Below are positions 62,991 to 64,000 of a stretch of 64,000 nt of DNA, piece after piece (positions within the stretch are counted from its first letter, which is position 1; each line of letters begins with the position of its first letter). Under the pieces are notes generated by a model that saw only the letters and a list, made by a program, of their open reading frames with translations, made no database searches and was not told where the DNA came from. The DNA comes from Takakia lepidozioides (lineage: Eukaryota; Plantae; Bryophyta), in contig CM060734.1 of assembly GCA_030704615.1 (NCBI GenBank), positions 41,974,001 to 42,038,000 on the forward strand, given 5' to 3'. The position numbers and the translations under genes were made by a program.

Positions 62991-63616
62991 ACATGGGCAC
63001 AGTGGGCTTTCAGTTTGGAAGTCCTTTTCCGACATATCCCGCGGAGTTCGACAAATGAAACTTTGTCACAATCTACTTCGACCTATTGACATTCATTCCT
63101 GCTGTAGTTTTGAAAACCCATGGTGCACCAAAATCGGTCAGACCCCCTCACTGGTGTCTGGCGAACCAAGTATGACCTTCACCTCACAGCCACTTCATTC
63201 ACCCATTGTAAGTAAAGACAAATGACCATCTCAAAGATCTGCAGTATGCGGAGAGGTCTCAATCCATCAAGATCATCATTGTTTTCTCAAATAATAGTAT
63301 CTGACCAGCAACATAAACTGCTTTCATGATAAGGCAATGGAATATGAATCACACCAAGAGTGGACTAATCAATGCCAATCCACCATTGGCTCACGAGAAA
63401 CATCCAATAGAACAGACGAGATAAAATTACTGATTCTTTTCTTGCTCAAACCTGCATGAACACTTTTCTGCTATTGATACAGAGGCAGGACTCAGGGGCA
63501 AGCCTATGAAACTACTTGGCCCTCTGCATAAAGATGGCCTCACTACTTACCTGATTTCTGTTAATATATGCCCCCACCTTTTGTGCCGACTAAGCAAATT
63601 ACACTAAGAAAGAAGC

Positions 63617-63865
63617 TTACGAAACACCAGCAGGCGCCTCAATAGCTGTACTTGAGGCAGTACCTGTTGTCCCATTCAACACTGTGACACCCCCCTCTGA
63701 ATCGACATCAATAATGGCAGAGTCTCCCTCCTTTATTTCACCTGCAAGCATTCGCTCAGCCATGCTATCCTCTAATAGCCGCATGATAGCACGTCGCAAC
63801 GGTCGAGCACCATAGCTCGGACTGTAGCCCTCGTCCACCACCCGGTCCCTAAACCTCTCAGTTAC
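63617..63865 (-). CDS. CLPC: ClpC copy B, terminal exon (gene continues beyond the right edge)
   Basis: [25 protein letters not shown]...APAGVS* is identical in protein sequence to 15234-15482. CAG acceptor at 63868-63866; the flanking intron and 3'UTR are also homologous. Confidence 0.95.
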   Translation of the reverse strand, partial: VTERFRDRVVDEGYSPSYGARPLRRAIMRLLEDSMAERMLAGEIKEGDSAIIDVDSEGGVTVLNGTTGTASSTAIEAPAGVS

Positions 63866-64000
63866 CTGCACACATAATTGCATAGAAATTTCAGGAGAGC
63901 TGCCCAGGCAGAATCAACATTGGAAAGCCTTCCCCTCTAATGTACCTTCACAATCTAGCCCATTTCGAGATGATAGGCACTCAACCCTGACAGCCTTACG

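Overview
This is eukaryotic nuclear DNA from an early-diverging land plant, most likely a bryophyte. That assignment is an inference from the spliceosomal introns, the long intronless PLS-DYW PPR genes and the repeat families. Host genes reconstructed by hand from splice sites: the 5' part of an OPR/Old Yellow Enzyme gene (runs off the left edge), a LEA_2 gene, a complete 10-exon plastid ClpC, POLD4, two head-to-head DYW-type PPR editing factors, MED11, a complete 19-exon GC6/USO1(p115) golgin, and the last exon of a second ClpC (runs off the right edge). The window is framed by an inverted segmental duplication: [ClpC-A -> <- GC6 3' pseudo-fragment] ... [GC6 -> <- ClpC-B]. The last exons of the two ClpC copies differ only at synonymous sites. 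Intergenic and intronic DNA holds unusual mobile-element relics: a decayed retroelement with an aspartic protease followed by a DNA cytosine-5 methyltransferase (DNMT3-like) motif I, a piggyBac-like transposase with a GGG-TTAA right end, a frameshifted Uma2-type nuclease, DINE-1/Helentron-like elements, hAT and foldback MITEs, RTE-X-like and L1 LINE fragments, and an array of 34-bp palindromes with telomere-like spacers. No rRNA, intact tRNA or CRISPR array was found. All family calls rest on motif recognition, not database searches.
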